Assembly: GCF_937934665.1 (NCBI RefSeq)
Contig: NZ_CALGYW010000064.1
Location: forward strand, 25,256 to 89,255
Origin: an uncultured Anaerococcus sp.
Lineage (GTDB): Bacteria > Bacillota > Clostridia > Tissierellales > Peptoniphilaceae
Reading direction: 5' to 3'
DNA length: 64,000 nt
Shown: piece by piece, positions 23,662-34,256 of the stretch
Layout: each line of letters opens with the position of its first letter
Position numbering within the stretch: the first letter of the stretch is position 1
Translations under genes and position numbers: made by a program
The notes under the pieces: generated by a model
What the model saw: only the letters and a program-made list of their open reading frames with translations
Databases searched by the model: none
Told to the model about the DNA's origin: nothing

Positions 23662-24812
23662 TTATTGTGGGTAAAATCGTAATCCAGATTCCTACCTATG
23701 CCAAGGCTATAGAGATTAGAGGCCTCCACCATTTTCTTATAGATTTCCAAGTTTTGTTTATTTAATGTGCTAGCGTCTTTTTTATTTATTACAATATCTA
23801 GGTTTCCTTTGATTTTTTTAAAGAGACTTGTTGATTTTTTATTATAGGCTAAAATCTTTATAAAGTCTATATCGATATCATTTAAAGAAGAGTCATTATT
23901 TAAGATATAAGATAGAACATGTCTTTTAATCCTCGATCTTGTGTACCTTTGGGAAGAGGCTTGATCTAGAAAAGACTTATAAGAAGAATTAACTTTAGCA
24001 AGTTTTTTTAAATAGTTATCAAGTCCTTGTTCATATCCTAAAATATTTTCCATGGGTGATTTTTCTATAAATAGTTTATATTTAAAAATATTATATATAT
24101 AATTTTCATCAAAAGCTTTATAGTTATTAAGAAAATAAGTTAAAGCCTGGTAGGATGAAAGAGGTATAAGGTTTTTTATATTAGAATCCAAATTATTTCT
24201 TATAGCAGTTGATGATGCATAAGTCTTATCTTTTATGACCAGGTCTTTATTCTTTGTTTTAATTCTTTTTATTGGATAGGGTTGTATCTTTGATCTTAAT
24301 TTATAGATTGCTTTTATATATTCTAGGGCTAAGATATTATTGCTTGATAAAAAGTCTTCTCCTACATAGGAAGCAAGGAGTAGGCTTGATGCCTTGGGGT
24401 AGGATAGACCTTTATCAAGCAAGGTTTTTATATCCTCATCTATTGATTTTTGATTTTTAATAATTTTATTTACATCATTTAAGAATTCATCGGGATTAAT
24501 ATTTTCAATACCAAAAACTAAATAATCAATATCGATTTTATCAAGGATGGCGACTGATTTTAGGGCGAAAAATTCAGCTGATTGAAGAGATATAAAATTT
24601 GGCATTTCTATAACCAAATCAAGCCCGTTATTAAGAGCCGTCTTAGCTCTAGAATACTTATCTATTATGGCTGCTTCACCTCTTTGAACAAAGTCTCCGC
24701 TCATAATTGAAACAGATAAGTCAGTTTTTAGTTCATTTTTTGCTTTTTCAATTAAATATTTGTGCCCATTATGTAAGGGATTAAATTCTGCAATAATTCC
24801 TAAACTTTTCAT
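23646..24812 (-). CDS. tmcAL: tRNA(Met) cytidine acetate ligase (YlbM family nucleotidyltransferase)
   Basis: GIIAEFNPLHNGH, MSGDFVQRGE, SNNILALEY, ASSTAIR. Confidence 0.88.
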   Translation of the reverse strand: MKSLGIIAEFNPLHNGHKYLIEKAKNELKTDLSVSIMSGDFVQRGEAAIIDKYSRAKTALNNGLDLVIEMPNFISLQSAEFFALKSVAILDKIDIDYLVFGIENINPDEFLNDVNKIIKNQKSIDEDIKTLLDKGLSYPKASSLLLASYVGEDFLSSNNILALEYIKAIYKLRSKIQPYPIKRIKTKNKDLVIKDKTYASSTAIRNNLDSNIKNLIPLSSYQALTYFLNNYKAFDENYIYNIFKYKLFIEKSPMENILGYEQGLDNYLKKLAKVNSSYKSFLDQASSQRYTRSRIKRHVLSYILNNDSSLNDIDIDFIKILAYNKKSTSLFKKIKGNLDIVINKKDASTLNKQNLEIYKKMVEASNLYSLGIGRNLDYDFTHNNRPID

Positions 24813-24931
24813 AAAATACCTCTAATAGTTTCTAACATTATACTAATTTTAAACAAAATATGCATTAAGTAGAAAAAATTATGTAAGAAGTTCTACTAGT
24901 TTGAATAAAATTTTCAATTAAGGGGCTTATA

Positions 24932-24940
24932 TGGTATAAT
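24932..24940 (+). promoter_or_regulatory. Extended -10 promoter element for efp
   Basis: TGGTATAAT about 30 nt upstream of the start codon. Confidence 0.65.
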
Positions 24941-24968
24941 AATTGAAGAAATATAACTAGGAGGAATT

Positions 24969-25526
24969 ATGATTTCAGCAAATGATTTAAGAAAAGGTGT
25001 AACTTTTGTCTATGATAATGATGTATATCAAGTAGTAGATTTCCAACACGTTAAACCAGGTAAGGGAGCTGCTTTCGTAAGAGCGAAAATCAGATCTGTT
25101 ATGAACGGGGGGGCAAAAGATGTTACTTTTAACCCTAATGAAAAATTTGAAAATGCGATTATCTCTACAAAAGAAATGCAATATTTATACAATGATGGAC
25201 AACTATATTACTTCATGGATCCGGAAACTTTCGAGCAAATTGGGATAGAAGAAGAAAACGTAAGAGATGCCATTATCTATGTTAGAGAAAATGATGCTGT
25301 ATTAATCAAATTTTATGAGGGTAAACCATTCTCAATTGATCCACCAAACTTTGTAGAATTAAAGGTAGAAAAAACAGAACCAGGTATCAAGGGAGATACA
25401 GCTACAAATGTTACAAAACCAGCAACTGTAGAAACAGGAGCAGTTATAAATGTACCTATATTTATAAATGAAGGTGATGTAATTAAAATTGATACTAGAA
25501 GTGGCGAATACCTATCAAGAGCTTAG
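24969..25526 (+). CDS. efp: Elongation factor P
   Basis: [24 protein letters not shown]. Confidence 0.97.
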   Translation: MISANDLRKGVTFVYDNDVYQVVDFQHVKPGKGAAFVRAKIRSVMNGGAKDVTFNPNEKFENAIISTKEMQYLYNDGQLYYFMDPETFEQIGIEEENVRDAIIYVRENDAVLIKFYEGKPFSIDPPNFVELKVEKTEPGIKGDTATNVTKPATVETGAVINVPIFINEGDVIKIDTRSGEYLSRA

Positions 25527-25535
25527 GAGCAATAA

Positions 25536-25865
25536 ATGTCAAGAAAATTCAAAGACGGTTCAGTAAAAATTGCTGACGAGGTTATAGATCAGATAGCTAT
25601 CCAAGCAGCAAATGATATTTATGGTGTCTATGAAGAGAACTCTGACGAGAGTTTTATTCATTCACTTCAGGCAAAAACTATTAAAACATCTATTAAAAAT
25701 GTTGCTGGCAATTTAGTTATAGATTTAGATCTTTCTCTGGATAAAAATGTAAATGTCAGAAAAACAGTTAAAAAAATCCAAGAAAATGTTAAAAATGTAG
25801 TTGAAACTATGACTGGTCTTCATGTTAGTAAAGTTAATGTAAATATTAATAAATTAGAAATCTAA
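25536..25865 (+). CDS. Asp23/Gls24 family protein (YqhY-like)
   Basis: GSVKIADEVI...IQENVKNVVETMTGL.V..VNVNI; lies between efp and nusB. Confidence 0.88.
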   Translation: MSRKFKDGSVKIADEVIDQIAIQAANDIYGVYEENSDESFIHSLQAKTIKTSIKNVAGNLVIDLDLSLDKNVNVRKTVKKIQENVKNVVETMTGLHVSKVNVNINKLEI

Positions 25866-26251
25866 TGAAAAGAACAGACCAAAGAGAATGGGTGTTTAAA
25901 CTCATATTTCAAGATACAATCAATAAAATTGAAGATTCAAAAGAGATTTTAGTAAATCATAAGCTAAGTGATGATGAAAAGTTTATACTCGATTCTATTA
26001 ATTCTTATAAGAAAAATTTTGATAAGATTGATGAAAAATTAGCAGCTAACATGCCAAAAGGCATGCCTAAACTTAGCAAGGTTATAAAATCTATAATTTA
26101 CTTATCTATAAATGAAATTTATTTTTTGGATATACCCGTTTCTGTGTCTATCAATGAGGCAGTAAATTTAGCTAAGAAATTTTCTGGAGATGACGATTAC
26201 AAGATAGTAAATCTAATTTTGGGCAATATCGTAAGAAATGATAATAAATGA
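25865..26251 (+). CDS. nusB: Transcription antitermination factor NusB
   Basis: IPVSVSINEAVNLAKKF motif, synteny. Confidence 0.92.
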   Translation: MKRTDQREWVFKLIFQDTINKIEDSKEILVNHKLSDDEKFILDSINSYKKNFDKIDEKLAANMPKGMPKLSKVIKSIIYLSINEIYFLDIPVSVSINEAVNLAKKFSGDDDYKIVNLILGNIVRNDNK

Positions 26252-27432
26252 GAAGACCTTTAAGTGTAAAGCAATTTAACGAATATATAAAATCAAATAT
26301 TAAGCATGACCCTATCTTTCAAAGGGTAAACTTATCAGGAGAGCTTTGCAATGTTAGGATAAATAATTACCACCTCTATTTTTCCCTAAAAGAAGGAAGC
26401 GATATTATAGATGCTGTAATTTATTATTATGAAGATAAGGATATAAGCTTTGACTTTAGCCCTGGTAAGGAAGTTATTATCAGGGGCAACCTTTCTTTTA
26501 ATAATTACTCGTCAAGGCTTATTATAGTTGCAAATGAAATAGAAGATGTGGGTCTATCTAAGCAATATTTAGAGTTTCTTAAGATGCAAGAGGAATTTAA
26601 AGAAAAAGGTTTTTTTGACAGAGAAAACAAAAAGGAGATTCCTAAACTTGTTAAGACTATAGGTCTAATTACTTCTAAAGAGGGAGCTGCTATCGTAGAT
26701 TTCCTTGCTATGATAAATAGTAAGCCCAATAATATACATATATATTTAGACCCAGTTAAGGTTCAAGGAAATGATGCTGAGGATATGATATCTGAAGCTA
26801 TTAAAAGACTAGATAAGCTAAATTTAGACGTGATAGTCATCACTAGGGGTGGTGGTTCAAATGAAAATTTATCAAGTTTTAACAAAAGAAAAATAATAGA
26901 AGCAGTATTTGAAGCTAAAGCTCCTATTATCTCAGCTATAGGACACAATATTGATACAAATTTAATTGATTATACAAGTGATTTAAGTCTGCAAACTCCA
27001 ACAGAAGCAGGAACTTATCTTATAGATTCTTATACAGACTATGATAAGTATCTTACAGATAAATTTATGAGGGTAAGAAATTCTATATTAAATAAGATAG
27101 AAATGACTACACTCAGTCTTAGCCTAATAGAGGCTAAACTATCAAATTCGTCACCACAAAAGCTTATAGAGAGTAAAGAAAGTGAACTAAAATCATTAAA
27201 TAAGTCTTTAGATAAGGCTATGGTAGACGCTCTGTCCTACAACGAAACTAGGAAGAAAAACTTAACCTATAAATTTTCCTATGTGGAAAAGTTAATTGAT
27301 ATGAGAAAAAAACAAATTGAGATAAGGGCTGGTGGAGAGAGTATATACTCAGCTCATAGCTTGAGAAGAGATGATGAGATTGAATTAGTGTTTAGTGATG
27401 GAAGTTTAAAGGCGAGGATAATAGATGGATAA
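26248..27432 (+). CDS. xseA: Exodeoxyribonuclease VII large subunit
   Basis: HLYFSLK, ITRGGGS, ISAIGH, TPTEA. Confidence 0.94.
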   Translation: MRRPLSVKQFNEYIKSNIKHDPIFQRVNLSGELCNVRINNYHLYFSLKEGSDIIDAVIYYYEDKDISFDFSPGKEVIIRGNLSFNNYSSRLIIVANEIEDVGLSKQYLEFLKMQEEFKEKGFFDRENKKEIPKLVKTIGLITSKEGAAIVDFLAMINSKPNNIHIYLDPVKVQGNDAEDMISEAIKRLDKLNLDVIVITRGGGSNENLSSFNKRKIIEAVFEAKAPIISAIGHNIDTNLIDYTSDLSLQTPTEAGTYLIDSYTDYDKYLTDKFMRVRNSILNKIEMTTLSLSLIEAKLSNSSPQKLIESKESELKSLNKSLDKAMVDALSYNETRKKNLTYKFSYVEKLIDMRKKQIEIRAGGESIYSAHSLRRDDEIELVFSDGSLKARIIDG

Positions 27433-27610
27433 GTCATTTGAAGATCAGTATAAAAAAATAGAAGAAATCTTAGATAAAATTGAAAATAATAAAGAAAATC
27501 TGGACGAATCAATAAAATTATTTGATGAAGCAAAAAAAATGTATAAGAATCTAGAAGATAAACTCAAAGACTATAGGGCTAAGGTGGAAGTTATAAAAAA
27601 TGATGAATGA
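27425..27610 (+). CDS. xseB: Exodeoxyribonuclease VII small subunit
   Basis: SFEDQYKKIEEI..LDESIKLF; follows xseA. Confidence 0.9.
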   Translation: MDKSFEDQYKKIEEILDKIENNKENLDESIKLFDEAKKMYKNLEDKLKDYRAKVEVIKNDE

Positions 27611-28430
27611 AGAAAAGTTTTTAGCAATTCTAAAAGAAGACAAAGATATAATAGATAGGGAAGTTAAATCTTATTTTAATCCAATAAATAAACTAGAAGA
27701 AGCCATGGCTTATGCCACAGGTGGGGGTAAGAGGATAAGGGCTTTTCTGTATCTCGAAACTAAGAAAATGTTTTCACAAGAAATAACTGAAAATGATTAT
27801 AAATTAGCCTTAGTTATAGAGTTTATCCACGCCTACTCTTTAGTTCACGATGATCTACCAGCCATGGATGATGATGATTATAGGAGGGGTAAAGAAAGTG
27901 TACATAAAAAATTTGGTGAAGACATTGGAATTCTCACTGGAGATGCCCTTTTAAATGAGGCTTGCCTTATACTTTTTGACCTTGGCATAGAAAATGAGTC
28001 TTATTTAAAGGCAGGGTCTTATATACTAAATAAAGCTTCAAGGTTTGGTATGATAAAAGGTCAGGTTTTAGACCTTTATAGAGATAAGACTTATGATGTG
28101 GCTTATCTTTTAAATGTTTATAAGAAAAAGACTTCTGATTTATTTAAAGCTAGTTGCCTAGCTGCTGCTATTGTCGAAAATCAAAATCAAGAGAAATGTT
28201 CAAATATTGAAAAATTTGCAGAAAACTTAGGTCTGGCTTTTCAAATTCAAGATGATTTGTTAGAAGATACCTTCACAGATGAATTAAACATTTTAAATGT
28301 TATGAAAAAAAAGGAAGCTAATATTTTATTGGATGAAGTAAATAAGAAAGCCAAGGATGCTATAAAAGATTTTGAAAAGAATGAAGTGTTGACTTATTTA
28401 ATAGATTACCTATCAAGTCGAAGTTATTAG
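27603..28430 (+). CDS. ispA: Polyprenyl (geranyl/farnesyl) diphosphate synthase
   Basis: GGKRIR, HAYSLVHDDLPAMDDDDYRRG, FQIQDDLL. Confidence 0.9.
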   Translation: MNEEKFLAILKEDKDIIDREVKSYFNPINKLEEAMAYATGGGKRIRAFLYLETKKMFSQEITENDYKLALVIEFIHAYSLVHDDLPAMDDDDYRRGKESVHKKFGEDIGILTGDALLNEACLILFDLGIENESYLKAGSYILNKASRFGMIKGQVLDLYRDKTYDVAYLLNVYKKKTSDLFKASCLAAAIVENQNQEKCSNIEKFAENLGLAFQIQDDLLEDTFTDELNILNVMKKKEANILLDEVNKKAKDAIKDFEKNEVLTYLIDYLSSRSY

Positions 28431-28438
28431 GGGAAATT

Positions 28439-28891
28439 ATGAAAAAATATACTAGACAAAGATTAATATTAGATATTATTCAAAATAATGATGTCAGAAC
28501 TCAAAGCCAACTTTCCGAAATTCTTAAAAACCAAGGGGTAAATGCTACCCAAGCTACTATATCAAGGGATATTAAAGAATTAAGGATTTCCAAGGTTCAA
28601 AGTGATGATTATGAATACAAATATACGGTAGTAGATGCCGTTTACGATACGCTTACTGAAAGGATAGAAAAAATATTCAAGGAAGCTGTACTTTCAGTTG
28701 AGAAATCTGCCCAACTTATTGTTATAAAGACTATTTCTTATTGTGCTACAGTATGTGGCCAGTATATTACCAATGCTAAATTAGAAAATGTCGGCGGTAT
28801 AGTTACAGGTATAGATACAATTTTTATAACACCTAAGGATTTTGAATCAATCGATGAGCTTGTTGAAGAGATTAGGAACCTTGTTAAATAA
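28439..28891 (+). CDS. argR: Arginine repressor
   Basis: TQATISRDIKEL helix-turn-helix, GIDTIF. Confidence 0.92.
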   Translation: MKKYTRQRLILDIIQNNDVRTQSQLSEILKNQGVNATQATISRDIKELRISKVQSDDYEYKYTVVDAVYDTLTERIEKIFKEAVLSVEKSAQLIVIKTISYCATVCGQYITNAKLENVGGIVTGIDTIFITPKDFESIDELVEEIRNLVK

Positions 28892-30579
28892 TGCTTGCTG
28901 AGGTTTATATAGATAATTTTATTATTATTAAAAAAGACCATATCTTCTTTGAGGATAAGTTCAATGTACTTACAGGTGAGACAGGATCAGGTAAGTCTAT
29001 AATCCTTGAGGCTATAAACCTTCTTTTAGGAAAAAGAGCTAGTAAGGATGTTATAGGTAATTTTAAGGATAAAACTATAATAGAGGCAGTCTTTATCCTT
29101 AATAACAAATCAATTAGGAAACTTGAGAATCTCGGTATAAGTTTTGACGATGATAAACTAATTGTAACAAGATATATTAGTAAGGGATCATCTAGCATAA
29201 GGATAAATGGCAGATTATCAAATTTAAATATTTTAAGAGAAATAAGTGATGATTTGATAGACATATATAAGCAGGGTGATTCTAATATTTATATGAACAA
29301 GGCTAATTATATAGACCTTATAGACTCCTATCAAAATGATAAGGAAAGTAAAAAACTAAGGGAAAATCTTTCTAAACTTTCTAAACAAAAAAGTGACTAT
29401 CTTAAGAGATATAAGGATTTTGACCTATCTGATGAAGAGCTAAGCAGGGAAAGAGACTTGGTTAATTATCAGATAGATGAAATCGATAGTGTAGATCTTT
29501 TTAATATTGACGAGGAAGAGTTAGAAAGTGAATATAAGAGGCTAAGCAATGTCGAAAGTCTAAAAGATGGATACTATAAGATGCTTGAATATATAGATTC
29601 AAGCGATTTTGATATGCCTTCAACAAGTAAACTTCTTAATGAGAGTGCATCAATTATAGCGGGTTTTGTAGATATAGATAAGAAATCACAAGACTTATAC
29701 AATAGACTTATATCCCTATCTGATGAGCTTGATGATATCTACTCAGAGGCTAATTCTTATGTGGATTTCTTAACTACCGATCCAGAAAAATTAGAGACCC
29801 TAGAAGAATTAAATAAAAAGATTTTTGACCTAAAAAGAAAATATGGCAATAATATAGAAGATATCAAAGCCTATTATGAAAAGATGAAAGAAAGGCTTAA
29901 TGAATTAGATCAGATAGATAATTTAAGAAGTAACCTAACAAGTATTTTAGCAGAAATAGATGAGAAAATGCTAAAGTTTGCTGAGGCTATTCATGAAATT
30001 AGGATAGGGAAAATTAAAAGCTTAGAGAAGTCTCTTAATAAAGAAATAGTGGAATTAAATATAAAAAATGGTAAGTTTAAAGTCGACCTTACTAGAAAAG
30101 AAAATATCGATAAAGCAGGTTTTGATGATATAGATTTTCTTATTAGAACTAATAAGGGAGATAATCTCACATCCCTAACAAAGACTGCTTCAGGGGGAGA
30201 AATATCAAGAATTATGCTTGCCTTTAAAGAAGTATTTGCAAGCTTTGATGATATGGATACTATGATATTTGATGAGATTGACACAGGCATAAGTGGGAGA
30301 ACTGCACAAATAGTTGGGGAGAAAATCTTAGACCTATCAAAGAAAAGACAAGTGATAGCTATAAGCCACCTTCCTCAGATAGCATCTCTTGCTAATAACC
30401 ACATACTTATAAGCAAGGAGGATGATGGTGATTTTACTGTCTCAAGTTCTAAAAATATTGATGGTGAAGATAGAACTCTTGAAATAGCAAGACTAATTGG
30501 TGGGGTCGATATTACTGATACTACTATTAAATCAGCCAGAGAGATATTAAAAATGGCGGAGGATCTAAGAAATGAATGA
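28891..30579 (+). CDS. recN: DNA repair protein RecN
   Basis: TGETGSGKS, ASGGEISR, FDEIDTGISG, SHLPQIA. Confidence 0.96.
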   Translation: MLAEVYIDNFIIIKKDHIFFEDKFNVLTGETGSGKSIILEAINLLLGKRASKDVIGNFKDKTIIEAVFILNNKSIRKLENLGISFDDDKLIVTRYISKGSSSIRINGRLSNLNILREISDDLIDIYKQGDSNIYMNKANYIDLIDSYQNDKESKKLRENLSKLSKQKSDYLKRYKDFDLSDEELSRERDLVNYQIDEIDSVDLFNIDEEELESEYKRLSNVESLKDGYYKMLEYIDSSDFDMPSTSKLLNESASIIAGFVDIDKKSQDLYNRLISLSDELDDIYSEANSYVDFLTTDPEKLETLEELNKKIFDLKRKYGNNIEDIKAYYEKMKERLNELDQIDNLRSNLTSILAEIDEKMLKFAEAIHEIRIGKIKSLEKSLNKEIVELNIKNGKFKVDLTRKENIDKAGFDDIDFLIRTNKGDNLTSLTKTASGGEISRIMLAFKEVFASFDDMDTMIFDEIDTGISGRTAQIVGEKILDLSKKRQVIAISHLPQIASLANNHILISKEDDGDFTVSSSKNIDGEDRTLEIARLIGGVDITDTTIKSAREILKMAEDLRNE

Positions 30580-31120
30580 AGAAAAATTTTATGAAAAAAC
30601 TATAAAGTCTGATACTATTTACGATGGTAAAATACTTAAGTTGAGAGTCGACACCGTAGAACTTGAAAATAAAAGATATTCAAAAAGAGAAATAGTGGAC
30701 CACCAAAAAGGTGTAGGCATCATAGCCTTTGATGGTGATAATAAACTTTGGATGGTAAGTCAATACAGAAAGGCAATCGATAAGGTAACCTTAGAAATAC
30801 CAGCAGGTCTAGTTGATCCTGGCGAACTTCCTATAGAAACTGCTAAAAGAGAATTACAAGAAGAGGTAGGATTTTACCCAGAAAAAATAAGCTACCTATT
30901 TGACATGCATGCCTCTCCAGGGTTTACCAACGATAAGTTATCTTTTTTTGTGGCAGAAGATTTAAAAGAATCTAAGCTTGAGCAAGATGAAGATGAGAAT
31001 GTTGAAAGTAAATCTTATCCAGTAGAAGAACTCTATCAGATGGTTGAAAACGGTGAAATCACAGACGCTAAGACAATAATAGCTATTTTCTATGCTTTAA
31101 GAAGGCTAAATGAAGCTTAA
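30572..31120 (+). CDS. NUDIX hydrolase (ADP-ribose pyrophosphatase-like)
   Basis: EIPAGLVDPGE...AKRELQEEVG Nudix box, DAKT. Confidence 0.9.
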   Translation: MNEEKFYEKTIKSDTIYDGKILKLRVDTVELENKRYSKREIVDHQKGVGIIAFDGDNKLWMVSQYRKAIDKVTLEIPAGLVDPGELPIETAKRELQEEVGFYPEKISYLFDMHASPGFTNDKLSFFVAEDLKESKLEQDEDENVESKSYPVEELYQMVENGEITDAKTIIAIFYALRRLNEA

Positions 31121-31805
31121 TATTAAGCTAGATGACTTTGAGGGTCCCTTTGACTTACTTCTCAAGTTAATTGATAGGGAAAAGATAGATATCTACGATG
31201 TAAAAATTGAAGAAATTACTAATCCGTTTTTAACAGAGATGGCTAAGATGGATATTGATATATCAATGCTATCTGAGTTTATTTATACTTCTTCTATTCT
31301 TTTAACTATTAAGGCTAATAAATTATTACCAAAGCCAGAAAATGAGAATTTAGAAGAAGATTTTCTTGCCTACCTTATTGAATATAAGAAGATAAAGTCA
31401 GTTCAAGATGATTTTAAAATCTTAGAAGAAGAGGCTAGGAAAATACATGCCAAATACCAGGAAGATCTTTCAGTTTTTCAAAAAGAAGATTTAGTACTAA
31501 ACCAAGATGTAGATATTTTATCTAGGGAATTTTCAAAACTAATTAAAAGGCTCGATAAAGAAAAAAAGAGTGAGGAAAAAATTTTTGAACAAGTAAGGAT
31601 GCCAGATGTTAATTCCTATTTAATTAGTCTTAGAAAAACCTTGAATTTCTCAAAAGAACTTAAGCTTGTAGATATAACAAGGAGAATCAATTCAAAGGCT
31701 GAGTGCATAGCTACCTTTCTAGCCTTGCTAGAATTGGTCAGACTAAATGAAATATATTTAAAACAAGAAGAAATAAATTCATTTAAGATTTTTAAGAGGG
31801 TTTGA
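31110..31805 (+). CDS. scpA: Segregation and condensation protein A
   Basis: FEGPFDLLLKLI, TFLALLELV. Confidence 0.93.
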   Translation: MKLNIKLDDFEGPFDLLLKLIDREKIDIYDVKIEEITNPFLTEMAKMDIDISMLSEFIYTSSILLTIKANKLLPKPENENLEEDFLAYLIEYKKIKSVQDDFKILEEEARKIHAKYQEDLSVFQKEDLVLNQDVDILSREFSKLIKRLDKEKKSEEKIFEQVRMPDVNSYLISLRKTLNFSKELKLVDITRRINSKAECIATFLALLELVRLNEIYLKQEEINSFKIFKRV

Positions 31806-31807
31806 TT

Positions 31808-32332
31808 ATGGATAAGTACCTAAAGGGTCTTGTAGAAGAAGTCCTATATATATGGGCAGATCCTATAGATATAGACGAAATAAGTAAGATTTTATATGAT
31901 TTTAAAAAAGCTGATATAAGAAAATGCCTAGAAGAAATGGTTGATGAAAGAAAAGAATTAGATAGTGGACTTATTATAAGAAATTTTAATAATTCTTATC
32001 AATTCACAACAAGAAAGGCAAGTGATAAGTATTTTGAATCCTTGCTTTCAAAATCTGACAAAAAACTTACTAATTCAACACTAGAGACCTTATCGATAAT
32101 AGCCTATAAGCAGCCAATAACAAGAGTTGAGATAGATAAAATTAGGGGAGTAAATTCACAATCAACTATTGATTCTCTCTTAGAAAAAAAATTAATTATT
32201 GAAAAAGGAAGGCTTGATAAGATAGGTAAACCCATTATCTATGGTACCACCGATGCTTTTTTAAAGTATTTTAACTTAAATACTTTAGAAGACTTGCCTG
32301 AAATTAGGATTGATCAAAATGAGGATAAATAA
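31808..32332 (+). CDS. scpB: Segregation and condensation protein B
   Basis: ETLSIIAYKQPITRVEIDKIRGV, YGTT..FL..F. Confidence 0.94.
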   Translation: MDKYLKGLVEEVLYIWADPIDIDEISKILYDFKKADIRKCLEEMVDERKELDSGLIIRNFNNSYQFTTRKASDKYFESLLSKSDKKLTNSTLETLSIIAYKQPITRVEIDKIRGVNSQSTIDSLLEKKLIIEKGRLDKIGKPIIYGTTDAFLKYFNLNTLEDLPEIRIDQNEDK

Positions 32333-33014
32333 ATACATAGCTCACTCAGGCTATACTTCTAGGCGTAAGGCAGATGATTTAATTTACGAGTCTAGAGTGA
32401 AAGTAAATGGAAAGATAATAAGTGAGCCAGGCTATAAAGTTAAGGATGGAGATAGGGTAGAAGTAGATGGAAAGCTACTTTCTCTAGAAGAGAAGTTTTA
32501 TATAAAACTATATAAACCCGTTGGTTTTATTACATCAAACTTTGATCCATTTAACGAAAAAGATTTAAATGACCTAGTTGACATAAACCAAAGATTTTTT
32601 GCTGCAGGAAGGCTTGATAAGGATAGCGAAGGACTACTTATCATAACTAATGACGGAGAGTTTACCAATAACTTAACTCATCCAAAGTTTAAACTTGATA
32701 AAGAATATATAGTAAAAATTGATAGAGGACTTAACAAAGCTCAAGAAAAAGTCTTCGAAAAAGGTCTAGATATAGGTAGGGGCGAGAAGACATCTGATGC
32801 TAAGCTAACCTACCTAGGAGATAGGACCTATAGAGTAAATATCCACCAAGGTTATAACAGACAGATAAGAAGGATGTTTAAGGTTCTTGGTGCTGAAGTT
32901 ATTAGTCTAAAGCGAATAAGGATTGGAAAAATAAAACTAGCAGACCTTAAGAAAAAAGAGTACAGATATTTTAATGATGAAGAATTAAAATTTGTTGATG
33001 AAATTAGAAGATAG
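32319..33014 (+). CDS. rluB: rRNA pseudouridine synthase (RluB/RsuA family)
   Basis: S4 domain SRRKAD, GRLDKDSEGL, GYNRQIRRM. Confidence 0.88.
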   Translation: MRINKYIAHSGYTSRRKADDLIYESRVKVNGKIISEPGYKVKDGDRVEVDGKLLSLEEKFYIKLYKPVGFITSNFDPFNEKDLNDLVDINQRFFAAGRLDKDSEGLLIITNDGEFTNNLTHPKFKLDKEYIVKIDRGLNKAQEKVFEKGLDIGRGEKTSDAKLTYLGDRTYRVNIHQGYNRQIRRMFKVLGAEVISLKRIRIGKIKLADLKKKEYRYFNDEELKFVDEIRR

Positions 33015-33030
33015 GCGACTATCTTTTTTT
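33008..33030 (+). terminator. Probable intrinsic terminator
   Basis: AAGATAG-GCGA-CTATCTT followed by a T-tract. Confidence 0.65.
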
Positions 33031-33041
33031 GTGGGATAAAT

Positions 33042-34256
33042 ATGAAAAAAATTGGAATAATTGGTGCCGGACCTGCTGGTCTTATGGCGGCTATCAGTGC
33101 AAAAAATGAAAATAACCAAATAATTATATTTGAAGGGAATGAAAGTATAGGGAAAAAACTATTAATGACCGGTGGAGGTAGGTGTAATATTACAAATACA
33201 GCCTACTTTGAAGATTTCCTAGATAATGTTGTAAGAAATAAAAAGTTTATGTACTCTGCCTTCACTAGTTTTGATAACTACTCCCTAATTGATTATTTAA
33301 ACATAAATGGCATAGAAACAATTGTCGAAGAAGATGGCAGAGTTTTCCCTAAGTCTCAAAAAGCAAGTGACTTTGTTGACTTTTTCCATAGTCAATTAAG
33401 GCAAAAAACTATTAACTTAAAAACCAGTGTGAAAATAGAGAAAGTTTACAAGGATAAACTTTTTTATCTAACTGATCAAAAGGGCAAAACTTATAGTTTT
33501 GATTACCTAATAGTTGCTACAGGAGGTAGGTCATATCCACAGACAGGCTCAAATGGCAATGGTTATAAAATTGCAAGTAAGCTTGGTCACAATATAATAA
33601 AACCGGAGCCTGTCCTTGTACCTATTTTTATAAAAAATAAATTGAATTTAAGGGCCCAATCCTTTAAAGGTGTAGAGATTCTCATAGATTTAGGTAAGGA
33701 AAGTCAAACCATTTGTGGAGATATACTTATGAATACAAACTTTTTAACTGGACCAGCTGCTTTAAAAGCAAGTTCTTTTATAAGGGGTAAGGATATTAAA
33801 GCTCTTGCTATAGATTTTTTGCCTAAGCAAACCTATAATGATTTAGAAGAAAAGATATTAAATGACATTAAAGAAAACCCAAAAAAATCTGTAGGAAATG
33901 CTTTGAAAAATCTAATAAATTCATCTTTATTAGATGAAATATTAGCCTTATCCAAGATAGATATAAATAAAAAATCAAGCGAATTAAGTAAAGATGAAAG
34001 AAAAAACATTATTGGGAAAATTAAAAGATTTTCTTTAGACTTTGACCACCTAGGGTCTTTTGAATCAGCAGTCGTAACTAGGGGAGGAGTCGATATAAAG
34101 GAGATAAATCCTCAAAGCATGGAATCTAAACTCGTAGATGGTTTATTTTTTGTAGGAGAAATTTTGGATATAGATAGTTTGACTGGAGGCTATAATTTAC
34201 AAACTTATCTTTCAACAGCCTACCAGGCTGGAAGCTTTATTAAGGAGAAAAAATGA
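33042..34256 (+). CDS. NAD(P)/FAD-dependent oxidoreductase, HI0933/BaiN family
   Basis: GAGPAG, GKKLLMTGGGRCNITN, ATGGRSYPQTGSNG, TGGYNLQ. Confidence 0.9.
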   Translation: MKKIGIIGAGPAGLMAAISAKNENNQIIIFEGNESIGKKLLMTGGGRCNITNTAYFEDFLDNVVRNKKFMYSAFTSFDNYSLIDYLNINGIETIVEEDGRVFPKSQKASDFVDFFHSQLRQKTINLKTSVKIEKVYKDKLFYLTDQKGKTYSFDYLIVATGGRSYPQTGSNGNGYKIASKLGHNIIKPEPVLVPIFIKNKLNLRAQSFKGVEILIDLGKESQTICGDILMNTNFLTGPAALKASSFIRGKDIKALAIDFLPKQTYNDLEEKILNDIKENPKKSVGNALKNLINSSLLDEILALSKIDINKKSSELSKDERKNIIGKIKRFSLDFDHLGSFESAVVTRGGVDIKEINPQSMESKLVDGLFFVGEILDIDSLTGGYNLQTYLSTAYQAGSFIKEKK

